A stretch of DNA of 45,362 nt from positions 1-45,362 of IMG/VR virus record IMGVR_UViG_3300031566_000087; one strand, written 5' to 3'. The stretch is from a virus. Taxonomy: Duplodnaviria; Caudoviricetes. Both the position numbers and the translations under genes were made by a program. Numbering within the stretch: the first letter of the stretch is position 1; the number at the start of each line of letters is the position of its first letter. Below, one piece after another: positions 36,179 to 45,362 of the stretch. The notes below the pieces were generated by a model. That model saw nothing but the letters and a program-made list of their open reading frames with translations, did no database searches and was not told the DNA's origin.

Positions 36179-38338
36179 ATGGCCACCAACAACAGAGTAT
36201 TCGTCCCCAATATCGCCAAGGGAGCTGGCAGCGACGACGCCTCACCCCACATGTGGGCTCTGACTCGCGCCATGAAGAAGGCCGGTTGGAAGATTCTCGC
36301 TTCTGGTGACGGGCTCACCAAAGACACCTCCAAGGATCCCGCACGAGATCGCTTGAGCCCCGTCGAGAACGTGGCTGCCACCCAGGTGTGGCAGGTGGAT
36401 GACGATGCGGGCCCGTCCTTCGTGGACATGACCACGGAATTTAACGACGCCAGCACGGGCGATGTCGTGCCTTTCCCGACCGTTGATGCCATCAACGACT
36501 ACTTCGCCATCGGGCGTCCTGCACCTTTCGGTATCCTCGAATTGGACCGCATCGGAGGCACGATTGGTAGCACCGGCACTTTGATCTGGGAATACTGGAA
36601 CGGCTCCTCTTGGGCTGCCCTGCTCAATGTGGTTGATGACACAAATCACTTCAAAGCCGCGCTCGCCAATGGCGACAACGTGTCCTGGTCAATTCCAGAT
36701 GATTGGGCCTCGAACACCCTCAACGCTGTTCCGGCTTACTACATCCGAGCCCGTATCACGCTAGCGTACGGCACGAACCCTGTGATCAGCCAGGGCTTCA
36801 TCACCAAGCCCAACGAGGACGTAGGCACCACGAGCAACACCGGGGGGTCGGCGAGCTTGGGTGGGGCAACGGTTCGTGGCCGCCTTCAAGTCACTGGCTT
36901 GACGGGGATGACAAGCGCCTCAAAGGGCCGCTTTTTGTTGATCGGCAACACCTCTGGCAGCACCAACGACGTGATGGCTCAGATCGAGGAAGTCATCTCA
37001 GCTAACGAGGTCTATGTTGATGCCCGGACCTTCACCTTCACGCTTGCAGAAGGCAACAACGGCACGCTCACTTGGGACGAGATCGACCCCACCAACGAGG
37101 TCTACCCGACACGGCTCGATGCAGTCTCGTGTTGGTCAGCCTGGCAAGGGCCAAGCATCATCAAGATCCCCATCACGGCTGCACCCGTTGTAGGCAGCAC
37201 TGGGTTCACCTTCATTCGCGGTGAGAACGTCGTCCAAGCGACCACCCTTGCCGAAGGCGAGATCCTCGGTTTCGAGTGGGATGGGGTTTCGGTGGGCTAC
37301 TTGGTCATCAGCCCCCGGCTCATCGGCACAGGTGGCGACCCCTACGGTTGGGGCACCACCAACGTCATCACTGGCGACACCTCTGGGGCGACCGTCACGC
37401 AAGTCGGAACCGCCCTGGAGTACCGCCATCAAGTCGTCCTTGGTCAAGGCACCTCCTTCCCAGCGACATCGGGATACTGGTTCAACCAGTGTTTCGAGCC
37501 TGTAGGGGAGGCCACCGAGGACTTCCATACCCTGGCCCAGTCGACGGGCTGCACCCCTACTGTGCTGCCAGGCCACAGCGGCGCTGGCAACGCTTTCCCG
37601 CTGCATGCTTGGTCCACCTGTGGTGGCCCCACAGGCACGACCTACTCTGCTGGAGCTACTTGGCACGGTTCCAACTCCGCCTGGAACACAGCCAACGGAC
37701 ACGCCATCTGCATGGACGCCATCTGGGAAGAGGATTGGTCGGCAGACGGCACGGTCATTTGGGCTATCGGCAACGTAGGCAACTACTACGGTTGCCGTGC
37801 CTTCGTTCGTCTGGACGACACTGAGCCCGGTGATGTGACGCCCTTCGCGACGTTCGGGATCAGCCTCAACGCGATGTACGACGGCGCCAACCGAAATTCC
37901 GCAAACCAGTCGTCGAGCATCGGGTCGGCCAACTACATGAACACCCAGATCCAGGACTCCCAAGGTACGACGCACTCGAACTGGAGGGGCTGGCGCCGTC
38001 GAGGCTTCCCGACCGAGGACGCCTACCTGAGCATGGAGATGCTCATTCAGTACCCCCTCTCAAGCTTGGCCGACACCCCAGCAATCGAGGCCAACAACGC
38101 CAAGGCTGACCGTGTGGCGACGGCTTTGGTGGAGACCAAAGCTCGCGAGCCGGTTCGCATCGGGTCAGTAAGCGACTCCCACGGCAAGATGCGTAAGGGC
38201 ACGGTCCGCCACATGACCTTGATTCAAGGCGGCCAGGGCAATAACACCTACGACAACGGACAATTCCTCCAGCTCTCGCCGACCAACGGCGCTTTCACCG
38301 TTCCTTGGGATGGGGTAACGCTGCCCTTGATCAACTAA
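36179..38338 (+). CDS. Putative virion structural / receptor-binding protein with an inserted jelly-roll domain
   Basis: AGGA RBS; T/G/S/N/W-rich; N-terminal MKKAGW motif; WEYWNGSSW...WSIPDDW...YYIRAR module. Confidence 0.7.
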   Translation: MATNNRVFVPNIAKGAGSDDASPHMWALTRAMKKAGWKILASGDGLTKDTSKDPARDRLSPVENVAATQVWQVDDDAGPSFVDMTTEFNDASTGDVVPFPTVDAINDYFAIGRPAPFGILELDRIGGTIGSTGTLIWEYWNGSSWAALLNVVDDTNHFKAALANGDNVSWSIPDDWASNTLNAVPAYYIRARITLAYGTNPVISQGFITKPNEDVGTTSNTGGSASLGGATVRGRLQVTGLTGMTSASKGRFLLIGNTSGSTNDVMAQIEEVISANEVYVDARTFTFTLAEGNNGTLTWDEIDPTNEVYPTRLDAVSCWSAWQGPSIIKIPITAAPVVGSTGFTFIRGENVVQATTLAEGEILGFEWDGVSVGYLVISPRLIGTGGDPYGWGTTNVITGDTSGATVTQVGTALEYRHQVVLGQGTSFPATSGYWFNQCFEPVGEATEDFHTLAQSTGCTPTVLPGHSGAGNAFPLHAWSTCGGPTGTTYSAGATWHGSNSAWNTANGHAICMDAIWEEDWSADGTVIWAIGNVGNYYGCRAFVRLDDTEPGDVTPFATFGISLNAMYDGANRNSANQSSSIGSANYMNTQIQDSQGTTHSNWRGWRRRGFPTEDAYLSMEMLIQYPLSSLADTPAIEANNAKADRVATALVETKAREPVRIGSVSDSHGKMRKGTVRHMTLIQGGQGNNTYDNGQFLQLSPTNGAFTVPWDGVTLPLIN

Positions 38339-38356
38339 GGGTCTAGCGAGGTTTTT

Positions 38357-41300
38357 GTGGCCAAGAAGACCATCTTTTCCCATGCCGGCACAACGCTCGA
38401 CGGCTCATCCGAGTACGTCAGCATTGGGAACAACGAGTACAACTTCCAGCACTACTCGTTGGACGGGATTTCTGGGATTGGGATCAGTGCCTGGTGCTGG
38501 GTGAAGACAAGCTCGACCGCAGCTCAGTGGATCCTCGGCAACTGGAACAACGCTGGTGGAGACAACGGCTGGGGCATATCCATCAAGGCCACGACGGGAC
38601 TGCTTGTCGGCCAGCTCACGCACGATGAGGTTGGTGTTGAAGAAATCCGCGTAGAGTCCGACATCGCAGTCAACGACGGGGAGTGGCACCTCGTGGCGAT
38701 GTCCTACGATGGGACAGACGGGCTCAGCTCAGCCTCAAACATGACCCTATACGTGGACGGGGTGCCTGTCCCGTCCACGATCATCAACGACACTCTGACC
38801 CGAGTCCCGGCCACCGGAACCCTCACCAGCACAGCGATCCCCAATGACGGGGACACCGTGACCATCGGAACCCCGTCCCTCGGCACTGGCTACACCAAGG
38901 TCTACACCTTCCAGACGGCCTTGACCGATGTAGACGGCAACGTCCTCATTGGTGCCTCGCAAGCCACGGCCATGGAGAACTTGCGTCGCGCCATCAACCT
39001 CGATGGCGTGGCGGGTACCAACTATGCCACGTCGATGACCATTCACCCGGACATCAGCGCCACGGACACGGCAACGACAGTGGACGTGACAGCCAACGTG
39101 CCTACCCTTCTACCGTCCGTGGGGAACGAGATCACTACGACCGAGACAAGCTCGGTCATGTCCTGGGGCTCGACGACCCTTACCGGTGCGGACAATCGGT
39201 CCACTTCTACTGGGACTATCGTGCTCTACCAAGGTCGTAAGGGTTTCGCGGTGTTGCCCAGCTACTTCAATGGTCAAGTGTCGGACTCGGGGATTATCTA
39301 CCGGGCTCTCACTCAGTCCGAAATCTTGGAGCTTTGGAACGGCGGCGTACCGGCAGACCCCACCGAGCACAGCTTCAGCCTCGACATCAACGGGCTAGGT
39401 GGGTGGTTCAGCGGGGGCGTCGGCGGCGATGCCTGGGACGGCGGCGACGCCCAGTTTTTCGGACTGCTCAACGGGGTCTGGCCTTCGTTGTTCCAAAAAG
39501 CGGCTGGCTTCGGTACCGGGCTCGTCGTCTCTACTGACTACGACTACGACAGCCCATACCGTGGTTTTTTGAACCTGTTGAGCCTTGTTTTCGACGGCAC
39601 TGACGACTGGGTGGACTTTGGAGATGTCCACGACTTTGAGCGTACCGATCCCCTCTCGGTCAGTTTCTGGTTCAAGACCTCGACGGCGGCGATCCAAGCC
39701 CTCGTGGCCAAGGGCGATGTGCTGGCAACCGCTGGGTACGAGGTCTCGTTGGACGCTTCGGGCAGTGTTCACTTCTTTGCCACCAACACGGCAGGCGGCA
39801 CCGACGAACTAAACGTTCGCACGACGGCCACTGGGTTCAACGATGGGGCCTGGCACCACTGCGTTTTGACCTACGGAGGCACTTCTACTCCTGCGGGCTG
39901 CCACATCTGGATCGATAATTCTGATGAGGCCCTGACGACCGTGAGCGACACGTTGACGGCCTCGATTCTCAACGCCAATCCTCTGCGTTTTGGCGCCCGG
40001 TCTGATGGTGCTGACCGGTTCACCGGCAACATGTGCCAGGTGTCCTTCTACGATCGTGTGCTGACGAGCGGTGAGGTTGCCGAACTAGAAAACAGCGGAC
40101 CAGGGGACATCGCAGCCAGCTCTGTGTGGCCTAGCTGCATCGGCTGGTGGAACCTCGGCGGAACCGACACCGCTACAACCATCACGGACCGGTCGAGCCT
40201 GGTCGTCGGAGGTAACGACGGAACAACCGCTGGAACCCCCGTCGTCGCAATCGACGTACCCACGAGCAGCACCAACGCCTACAACGTCTACTGTCGGTTC
40301 GACCGAGTGGATGACCAATACATCGACTGCGGTGATGTAGCGGCCTTTCAGTTCGACAACACCGATGTCTTCTCGTTGGAGTGCTGGTTCAAGATTGAGC
40401 CCGGAGTGTCAGCGACGCACTTCATGATGGGAAAGCGCTTGATCACAGGCAACTCCAGCGGTTACGCCGTGTTCATGGGCTCGGGCGGGTATGTGGGGTG
40501 GCAGCGAATCAACGACGACTCACCTTCAAACTACGCGAGCATCCGAACAGTTGAAACGTCGTTCGATGATGGGAGCTGGCACCACGTCGTAGTGACCACA
40601 GACGGCACCAACGCAGCCGCAAACATGGCTATCTATGTGGATGGCCGTCTCCGAGATGTCACTCTCTCCGTAGACACGCTTACTGGCTCGATCCTGGCAG
40701 CAGTGTCTTTCCAGATCGGAAGCGTCAACGCTGACCCCACAAACGCTTGGGACGGGGGCATCGCGGACGTGGCCGTCTACGACAAGGAGCTGTCCCCCAC
40801 TGAAGTCCTTGAGCACACCAATGCCGTGTTCGACGGTGAGCTTGGCTCGCCCACCAATCGTCACGCCCTGAGCACCGCCGCCAACCTGGTGGCTTGGTAC
40901 CCCTTCACAGGTTGCCACGTCCTAGGCTCGACTAACACGGCCTACGATTTCGCCCTCAACTCGTTCAATCACGGCACCCTCACCGGCACCGATATTGGTT
41001 TGGGGCAACTCTACGACGACGGCCCAGAAGGCATCAAGTCGTCGTGGCGTGGCGATTCCGGTGGTGACCACACAGGAGCCAGTCACACCCAAATCGGGGC
41101 AGACCACGGCCGTGGCGGAGCGGGCGGCCAGAAGCAGGCCAAAGAGCCCGTGGCCTTCATGGACGGCTTGCCCGAGGAAGAAACCCGGATCCGATTCGGC
41201 CTCGATGACAAGGACAACCCTGGAGGCGGTGTTCTACCGCCCGGCGGTGGCGGCGGCGGTATCACCACCTACTTCCAGATGCGGGGCGTAGATGACGGGA

Positions 41301-41440
41301 CATCTGGCTTTACTACCTGGGCAGTGCTCGAAACGCCGGACCCGAATGGCGCTCAAGCAACAGGCGGGAACACGACCCCAGCGCTGGTGGGCAGCATTGT
41401 GGCGGGAAGCGGTATTGTTTTGGCCACCTGGCAGCAGTGA
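38357..41440 (+). CDS. Concanavalin A-like / LamG (Laminin_G_3-type) triple-domain receptor-binding or fibre protein
   Basis: Three repeats of (L/F)D....Y/W...SxxxW(V/F)K...DGxWHx...Y(V/I)D..., e.g. NDGEWHLVAMSYDG, NDGAWHHCVLTYGG, DDGSWHHVVVTTDG. Confidence 0.85.
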   Translation: MAKKTIFSHAGTTLDGSSEYVSIGNNEYNFQHYSLDGISGIGISAWCWVKTSSTAAQWILGNWNNAGGDNGWGISIKATTGLLVGQLTHDEVGVEEIRVESDIAVNDGEWHLVAMSYDGTDGLSSASNMTLYVDGVPVPSTIINDTLTRVPATGTLTSTAIPNDGDTVTIGTPSLGTGYTKVYTFQTALTDVDGNVLIGASQATAMENLRRAINLDGVAGTNYATSMTIHPDISATDTATTVDVTANVPTLLPSVGNEITTTETSSVMSWGSTTLTGADNRSTSTGTIVLYQGRKGFAVLPSYFNGQVSDSGIIYRALTQSEILELWNGGVPADPTEHSFSLDINGLGGWFSGGVGGDAWDGGDAQFFGLLNGVWPSLFQKAAGFGTGLVVSTDYDYDSPYRGFLNLLSLVFDGTDDWVDFGDVHDFERTDPLSVSFWFKTSTAAIQALVAKGDVLATAGYEVSLDASGSVHFFATNTAGGTDELNVRTTATGFNDGAWHHCVLTYGGTSTPAGCHIWIDNSDEALTTVSDTLTASILNANPLRFGARSDGADRFTGNMCQVSFYDRVLTSGEVAELENSGPGDIAASSVWPSCIGWWNLGGTDTATTITDRSSLVVGGNDGTTAGTPVVAIDVPTSSTNAYNVYCRFDRVDDQYIDCGDVAAFQFDNTDVFSLECWFKIEPGVSATHFMMGKRLITGNSSGYAVFMGSGGYVGWQRINDDSPSNYASIRTVETSFDDGSWHHVVVTTDGTNAAANMAIYVDGRLRDVTLSVDTLTGSILAAVSFQIGSVNADPTNAWDGGIADVAVYDKELSPTEVLEHTNAVFDGELGSPTNRHALSTAANLVAWYPFTGCHVLGSTNTAYDFALNSFNHGTLTGTDIGLGQLYDDGPEGIKSSWRGDSGGDHTGASHTQIGADHGRGGAGGQKQAKEPVAFMDGLPEEETRIRFGLDDKDNPGGGVLPPGGGGGGITTYFQMRGVDDGTSGFTTWAVLETPDPNGAQATGGNTTPALVGSIVAGSGIVLATWQQ

Positions 41441-41448
41441 GCACCTAG

Positions 41449-44400
41449 ATGGGTTACGGACGAGGTGAATACGGTCAACGAGGGTACGGAGGCTCTTCCT
41501 TTGAGGATGGCGGCCCAGCCCTCGGTGCGACCGACCCCCTGAATGGGGCAACCCTTGTCGATCCCTTCGTTGTCATCACCTTCGCGATCTCTTCACCCGC
41601 GGGGCTCGACGAGTTCAGCCTCGATGTGGACCTCGACGGGCTTCAGGCTATCGTTGGCGGCGTCTTCCAGACTGGGTACGGCGGCACCATCGTCTACGAC
41701 CCTGAGACGAATGCTACGGTCGTTATCTCGACACACCCTGAGCTGGCGGGTGGGGCAACGCCGGTCGATATCGACGTCACGGACCTGGCTGGAAACCCTG
41801 CTACTCTTGGCTTCAGCTTTGACACCGACCTGTCCGTGTCTGTCCCTGAGGCCGTCACAGTCACTGAGGGGTTGGACATCTCGCAGGCGTTCGTGGCGTC
41901 ACCTGCTGAGTCCGTAACGGTCTCTGAGGGTCCTGTCGCATCCAAGGGAACTGAGGTAGTCCTCCAGCAAGAGGTTACCATCCTGGAGGGATTTGAGTCA
42001 GGCTCCCTCCTCATCGAAGCCCTCGACGCCTCTACGATTCGGGTGGCTTTTCCTCAGGAACTGCGGTTCGACGGCATTCGAGAACTAGCCAACTTCGACG
42101 TGAGCCCCACGCTTGGTTCCACAGGCGCCGACGTGAACTTGGTGAAAGTGAGCCCGATTTTCGACACGTTCGAATCAGGCTCCTCAGCGCAGCTCGTCGA
42201 TCTTGGATTCGCCGCCCACATTAGCTTCGGGTCCCCGCCCAATTTCAAAGGTCAGGCCGGCACCTCCAGCAACGTCATGGACTTCCATGGGACGGCGGAT
42301 TTTACGCTCGACGATGTGGGCGACTATATCGAGGTTCTCAACGGACACAGTGCGGGGCTCTACCAAATCATTGACCGATACATCACCAACGAGGCTGTCG
42401 ACACGGGGGCTCCGGTCAAACTCCCTCGGATTGTTCTGGACCGCCCACTGTCAGTGCGAGACCCCATCAACGGCTACATCGAAGGGTTGGCCGAAGTCCT
42501 GGATGTTGTGGCAGACGGTGAGCTTTCGTATGTGGTCACTCTTCGGCTCAACCACTCCAGCATCACGGCCCTGGATCCGCTCCTGGAGGTCTTGTTTGTA
42601 GAGGACCGGACTGACTTGGAGAAAGTCCGTGAGCCCACGATCGCGATCCAGGGGTTGGTCACCTTCCTTGACCACAACACCTTCACGATCAAGACCTCAG
42701 GGGGCTTCACCCCGACCCTAGACTCCATCGATCATCGGTTCTTCGTCACTGCTCGGATCAGTCCCAAACTCCAGTGGCGGCACATCAGCGGTGTCCAAGA
42801 GCTGATCTTCAAGACCAATCGGTCCCCGGGTACCAAGCTCACCCAGCTCCAGCCCTACAGGTTCACCGGTAAGAACCTGCTCACGAAGAACACGCGAGCC
42901 AACTTCTTCTTCAATGCGACCTTCATCACCCTCCCAGGGGTGGTTGATCTCCCACGAGTCATCAGTGCGACCTTCCTTCCGTTTGACGGTACGGTCTTGG
43001 TTGAGTTCGACCAGGAAATGCGGGTTGAGGATGAGACTCTGGCCAACCCGATCGACTACACCATCACTGGGCCAAGCCCGGTCTCGATCAAACGTGCACG
43101 TCTGTACAACGCCTCCACGGTCGCCTTGGAGACTTCCGGGCTCACCGCTGGCGATTACACCCTGACAGTCTCGACCTCGACCCCGAAGGACGTGGCGGGC
43201 AACCCCATTGACCCGGTCTTCAACTCGGTCATCTTCACTTCGGCAATCCCGGAGACCACTCGAAGCGTCTTCACAGACAAAGGGCCTATCGCCAAGCCGC
43301 CGCTCACCCTTCAAACGGGTACGGCGGCCACGCTCGACTCCTACAACGAGATCACGCTTCCAGGTGCTGCGCTTACGGCCAATGAGGTGGGCAAGTACGT
43401 CACCCTCTCGGGCGGTAGCATCAACGGTGGAACGTTCCGCATCTCGGCCATGCTGTCGGCAACCCGAGCACGGCTCGCCAACGCAAGTTTCACGTTCCCT
43501 GACGCCAGCAGCGGCAGCCTTGCCTGGGAGGTGTTCGACCCACGCAACGGTGAGATCGCGGATGACCCCTCGGATGTCGTTGTCCGCATCAACGGCTCGC
43601 CTGTCACACCTGAGGCGGTGATCGGGCTCCTTGGTCAGATTGTGCTCAACGCAGCTCCCATTGAGTCCGACTCTGTGGACATCGACTACTCCTGGTGCTG
43701 CAACCCCAGCGTCGAGATGCGGCGGCTCAATTCGCGAGAGTTCCGGCTCAACTCGTGGAACCGGGATGTGGGCTACCCCCAGGACGCCAGTCAGCACAAG
43801 TACCGCTACAACAACGTGCTCATCACCCCTGGGGTGTACGAGGCTAGCAATCCCAGCGCCAAGCTCAAGCAACCTCTCAGTCGAGAGCTGCACTACCGAG
43901 CCTATGAGCGGGCCTACACTCCGGTCCTCAACGACCCGACGCTGCTTTTGCTCAACAATCCGATCCACAAGATCGCCTTCCCGCCAGCTGTGCGGATCAT
44001 CTCAGAGTCGTTCGTCACCTATGAAGGCATTGGGCTGCCGGAGAGCCAGGTCGTCAACGGGTGGGAGCGCTTCGGCGGAGGCGTAGCTACCTCGACGAGT
44101 GGGATCCTGACCGTCGAGGACGATTCGACAGGTACTTACCCAACGGGTCAACCCATCTACTGGACGCGACCCATCGACCTGACTTTCGACCACGTGTTCG
44201 CCATGAGCTGGAGGTTCTCGCTCAACACGGTGGTCGACTTCGAGGGTGTCTTCACGGGTGTGGCCGCGGGCTACTCCGATGAGAACGTGGCGGTGGTCAT
44301 CGGGTATTTGGAAGAGAGCGGCGTCAAGAAGTTTGGGGTCCTCAAGCGAGGTTTTGGGGACGACCCCTCGACCGCTACAGCTTGGACAGGGGGCATCGAC

Positions 44401-45362
44401 GTGGTCGATCTCCCCACTGGGGTGGCAGCCGACCTCGATTGGACCGAGCTTCACAGTTTCCGTATTTTCCGAGACCAGAACGGGACCATCTCGATCTTCC
44501 TCGACGGCGATGTCGACCCAACCCTGAGGGTGCTGGCTACCGACCTTCCCTTCCTGGAGGAGGTCAATGCAGCCTTCGACAATATCCAAGGAGCCTTCTT
44601 CGGGTCCCTTTCACGGCCGGCACGGAGCAGCTCGACCTGGGACTTCGTCCGCTACCTCATCCAGCCCACCAACCCCCGGCAGTCGAGCCCGTCGAGTTTC
44701 GTCAGCTACGAAGCCAACCTCGTTCCTGAGGCAGAAGCCAAGCCGTGGACTCCTGTAGGCTTCCACGGAAGCACGACTATCCTCTCGACCGACTTCCTAC
44801 TGCTCGACGCTACGAGTGCCACGGACACGGCGACAGCAGATGATGTGGGGCTCGTTGGCGGAGACTACCGCGGCTACGTCCGGTTCGAGCCGCTGCTCTC
44901 ACGAGCCTCTGAGTTCGTGGTGGACGCTGACATCCAGCTCATCACCCAGACTCATGGGATCTCAGCCTACGGGACGACCTTTGCTGTCGATGATGGGACG
45001 CGGCTCATGCAGGTGGCTCTCTTCCCAGACCAGTCAACCCCGAAGCTCAGCTACGGCGGTCGGAGCCTGCCAGAAGACTTCTCCCCCTACACTTGGACGA
45101 CTTTGGGTGGGGCAGGGGCCGCGATGGCCGGTCGTATTCTACGGATCAACGACACGGACACGCTCGACGGTAAGGTCTACTTCATCGAGGACACGGAGCC
45201 GGTCGGCGACACCCGTGTGATCGCTTCGTCAGTGGATTACATCCTGGAGTGCCGACTCAAGGTCAACTCCTACACGGTGGACGGCTCGGGCTTCGCTGGG
45301 GCCTTCACGCAGGCCTTCGATGGCACCCGCTCCGTGGGCCTCCTTCTGGAGGAAGTGGGTGG
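41449..45362 (+). CDS. Very large fibre/baseplate protein (more than 1300 aa, 3'-truncated) with Ig-like and lectin-like domains; absent from the ORF track
   Basis: ATG at 41449, 8 nt after the previous stop; I found no stop before the window end. MGYGRGEYGQRGYGG..., Ig-like VTDLAGN and PKDVAGNPID, lectin-like DWTELHSFRIFRDQNGTISIFLDG. Confidence 0.85.
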   Translation, partial: MGYGRGEYGQRGYGGSSFEDGGPALGATDPLNGATLVDPFVVITFAISSPAGLDEFSLDVDLDGLQAIVGGVFQTGYGGTIVYDPETNATVVISTHPELAGGATPVDIDVTDLAGNPATLGFSFDTDLSVSVPEAVTVTEGLDISQAFVASPAESVTVSEGPVASKGTEVVLQQEVTILEGFESGSLLIEALDASTIRVAFPQELRFDGIRELANFDVSPTLGSTGADVNLVKVSPIFDTFESGSSAQLVDLGFAAHISFGSPPNFKGQAGTSSNVMDFHGTADFTLDDVGDYIEVLNGHSAGLYQIIDRYITNEAVDTGAPVKLPRIVLDRPLSVRDPINGYIEGLAEVLDVVADGELSYVVTLRLNHSSITALDPLLEVLFVEDRTDLEKVREPTIAIQGLVTFLDHNTFTIKTSGGFTPTLDSIDHRFFVTARISPKLQWRHISGVQELIFKTNRSPGTKLTQLQPYRFTGKNLLTKNTRANFFFNATFITLPGVVDLPRVISATFLPFDGTVLVEFDQEMRVEDETLANPIDYTITGPSPVSIKRARLYNASTVALETSGLTAGDYTLTVSTSTPKDVAGNPIDPVFNSVIFTSAIPETTRSVFTDKGPIAKPPLTLQTGTAATLDSYNEITLPGAALTANEVGKYVTLSGGSINGGTFRISAMLSATRARLANASFTFPDASSGSLAWEVFDPRNGEIADDPSDVVVRINGSPVTPEAVIGLLGQIVLNAAPIESDSVDIDYSWCCNPSVEMRRLNSREFRLNSWNRDVGYPQDASQHKYRYNNVLITPGVYEASNPSAKLKQPLSRELHYRAYERAYTPVLNDPTLLLLNNPIHKIAFPPAVRIISESFVTYEGIGLPESQVVNGWERFGGGVATSTSGILTVEDDSTGTYPTGQPIYWTRPIDLTFDHVFAMSWRFSLNTVVDFEGVFTGVAAGYSDENVAVVIGYLEESGVKKFGVLKRGFGDDPSTATAWTGGIDVVDLPTGVAADLDWTELHSFRIFRDQNGTISIFLDGDVDPTLRVLATDLPFLEEVNAAFDNIQGAFFGSLSRPARSSSTWDFVRYLIQPTNPRQSSPSSFVSYEANLVPEAEAKPWTPVGFHGSTTILSTDFLLLDATSATDTATADDVGLVGGDYRGYVRFEPLLSRASEFVVDADIQLITQTHGISAYGTTFAVDDGTRLMQVALFPDQSTPKLSYGGRSLPEDFSPYTWTTLGGAGAAMAGRILRINDTDTLDGKVYFIEDTEPVGDTRVIASSVDYILECRLKVNSYTVDGSGFAGAFTQAFDGTRSVGLLLEEVG

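Larger units (their letters stand above)
1..45362 (+). mobile_element. Contractile-tail morphogenesis module of a large myovirus-like phage/prophage (or headless contractile injection system); extends beyond both ends of the window
   Basis: About 25 co-directional, often translationally coupled ORFs (TGATG/TAATG/ATGA overlaps at 6634, 10041, 10874, 16372, 18573, 28647, 33269) in canonical order: sheath, tube, chaperones, tape measure, hub, spike, gp25, baseplate J, fibres. No host housekeeping genes. Confidence 0.9.

Noticed and set aside
36179-41440. Diversity-generating retroelement target (Asn-rich stretches, GNYYGCRAFVRL)
   Set aside because: No reverse transcriptase or near-identical template repeat is visible in the window, and the motif is not C-terminal.
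42718-43968. 416 aa minus-strand ORF and the many short ORFs listed after 41449
   Set aside because: All are shadows of the long + strand ORF starting at 41449, which shows the proper codon bias and domain motifs.
1-45362. Afp/PVC-type eCIS or T6SS assignment
   Set aside because: No AAA+ ATPase, TssJLM/TssK/ClpV, PAAR or toxin-immunity genes were recognised. The long tape measure and chaperones are more phage-like. It cannot be fully excluded without the flanks.
1-45362. Stop-codon reassignment, CRISPR arrays, tRNAs, introns or inteins
   Set aside because: Genes are full length in the standard code, with TAA, TAG and TGA all used as stops. Gaps are short, and I saw no repeat-spacer pattern, cloverleaf or splicing motifs.

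Overview
The whole 45.4 kb window is a single co-oriented (+ strand), GC-rich, gene-dense morphogenesis module for a contractile (myovirus-type) tail. Gene order: tail sheath (5' end outside the window), two inserted unknown genes, tail tube, two paralogous tail-assembly-chaperone-like genes, tape measure (1135 aa), two tube-fold baseplate proteins (the second carrying a lytic transglycosylase domain), baseplate hub (1196 aa), beta-helical spike, then a block of unexplained genes (a 3-fold pseudo-repeat hydrophobic protein, a 57 aa protein, a 2025 aa beta-rich protein, an overlapping 91 aa ORF, a 748 aa amphipathic-helix protein, a 253 aa protein), gp25-like wedge, baseplate J, gpI-like wedge, and a series of fibre/lectin genes. 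The last of these (41449 to beyond 45362, more than 1300 aa) is missing from the supplied ORF track. No capsid, portal, terminase, integrase, replication, RNA or CRISPR features are visible, so a large/jumbo phage (most likely) cannot be told apart from a headless contractile injection system using this window alone. All product calls come from motif recognition and gene order, not from database searches. The most unusual points are the greatly expanded baseplate, a candidate non-PAAR spike tip, an overprinted gene with its own embedded RBS, a probably inactive DHH-like protein between sheath and tube, and two candidate promoter motifs.
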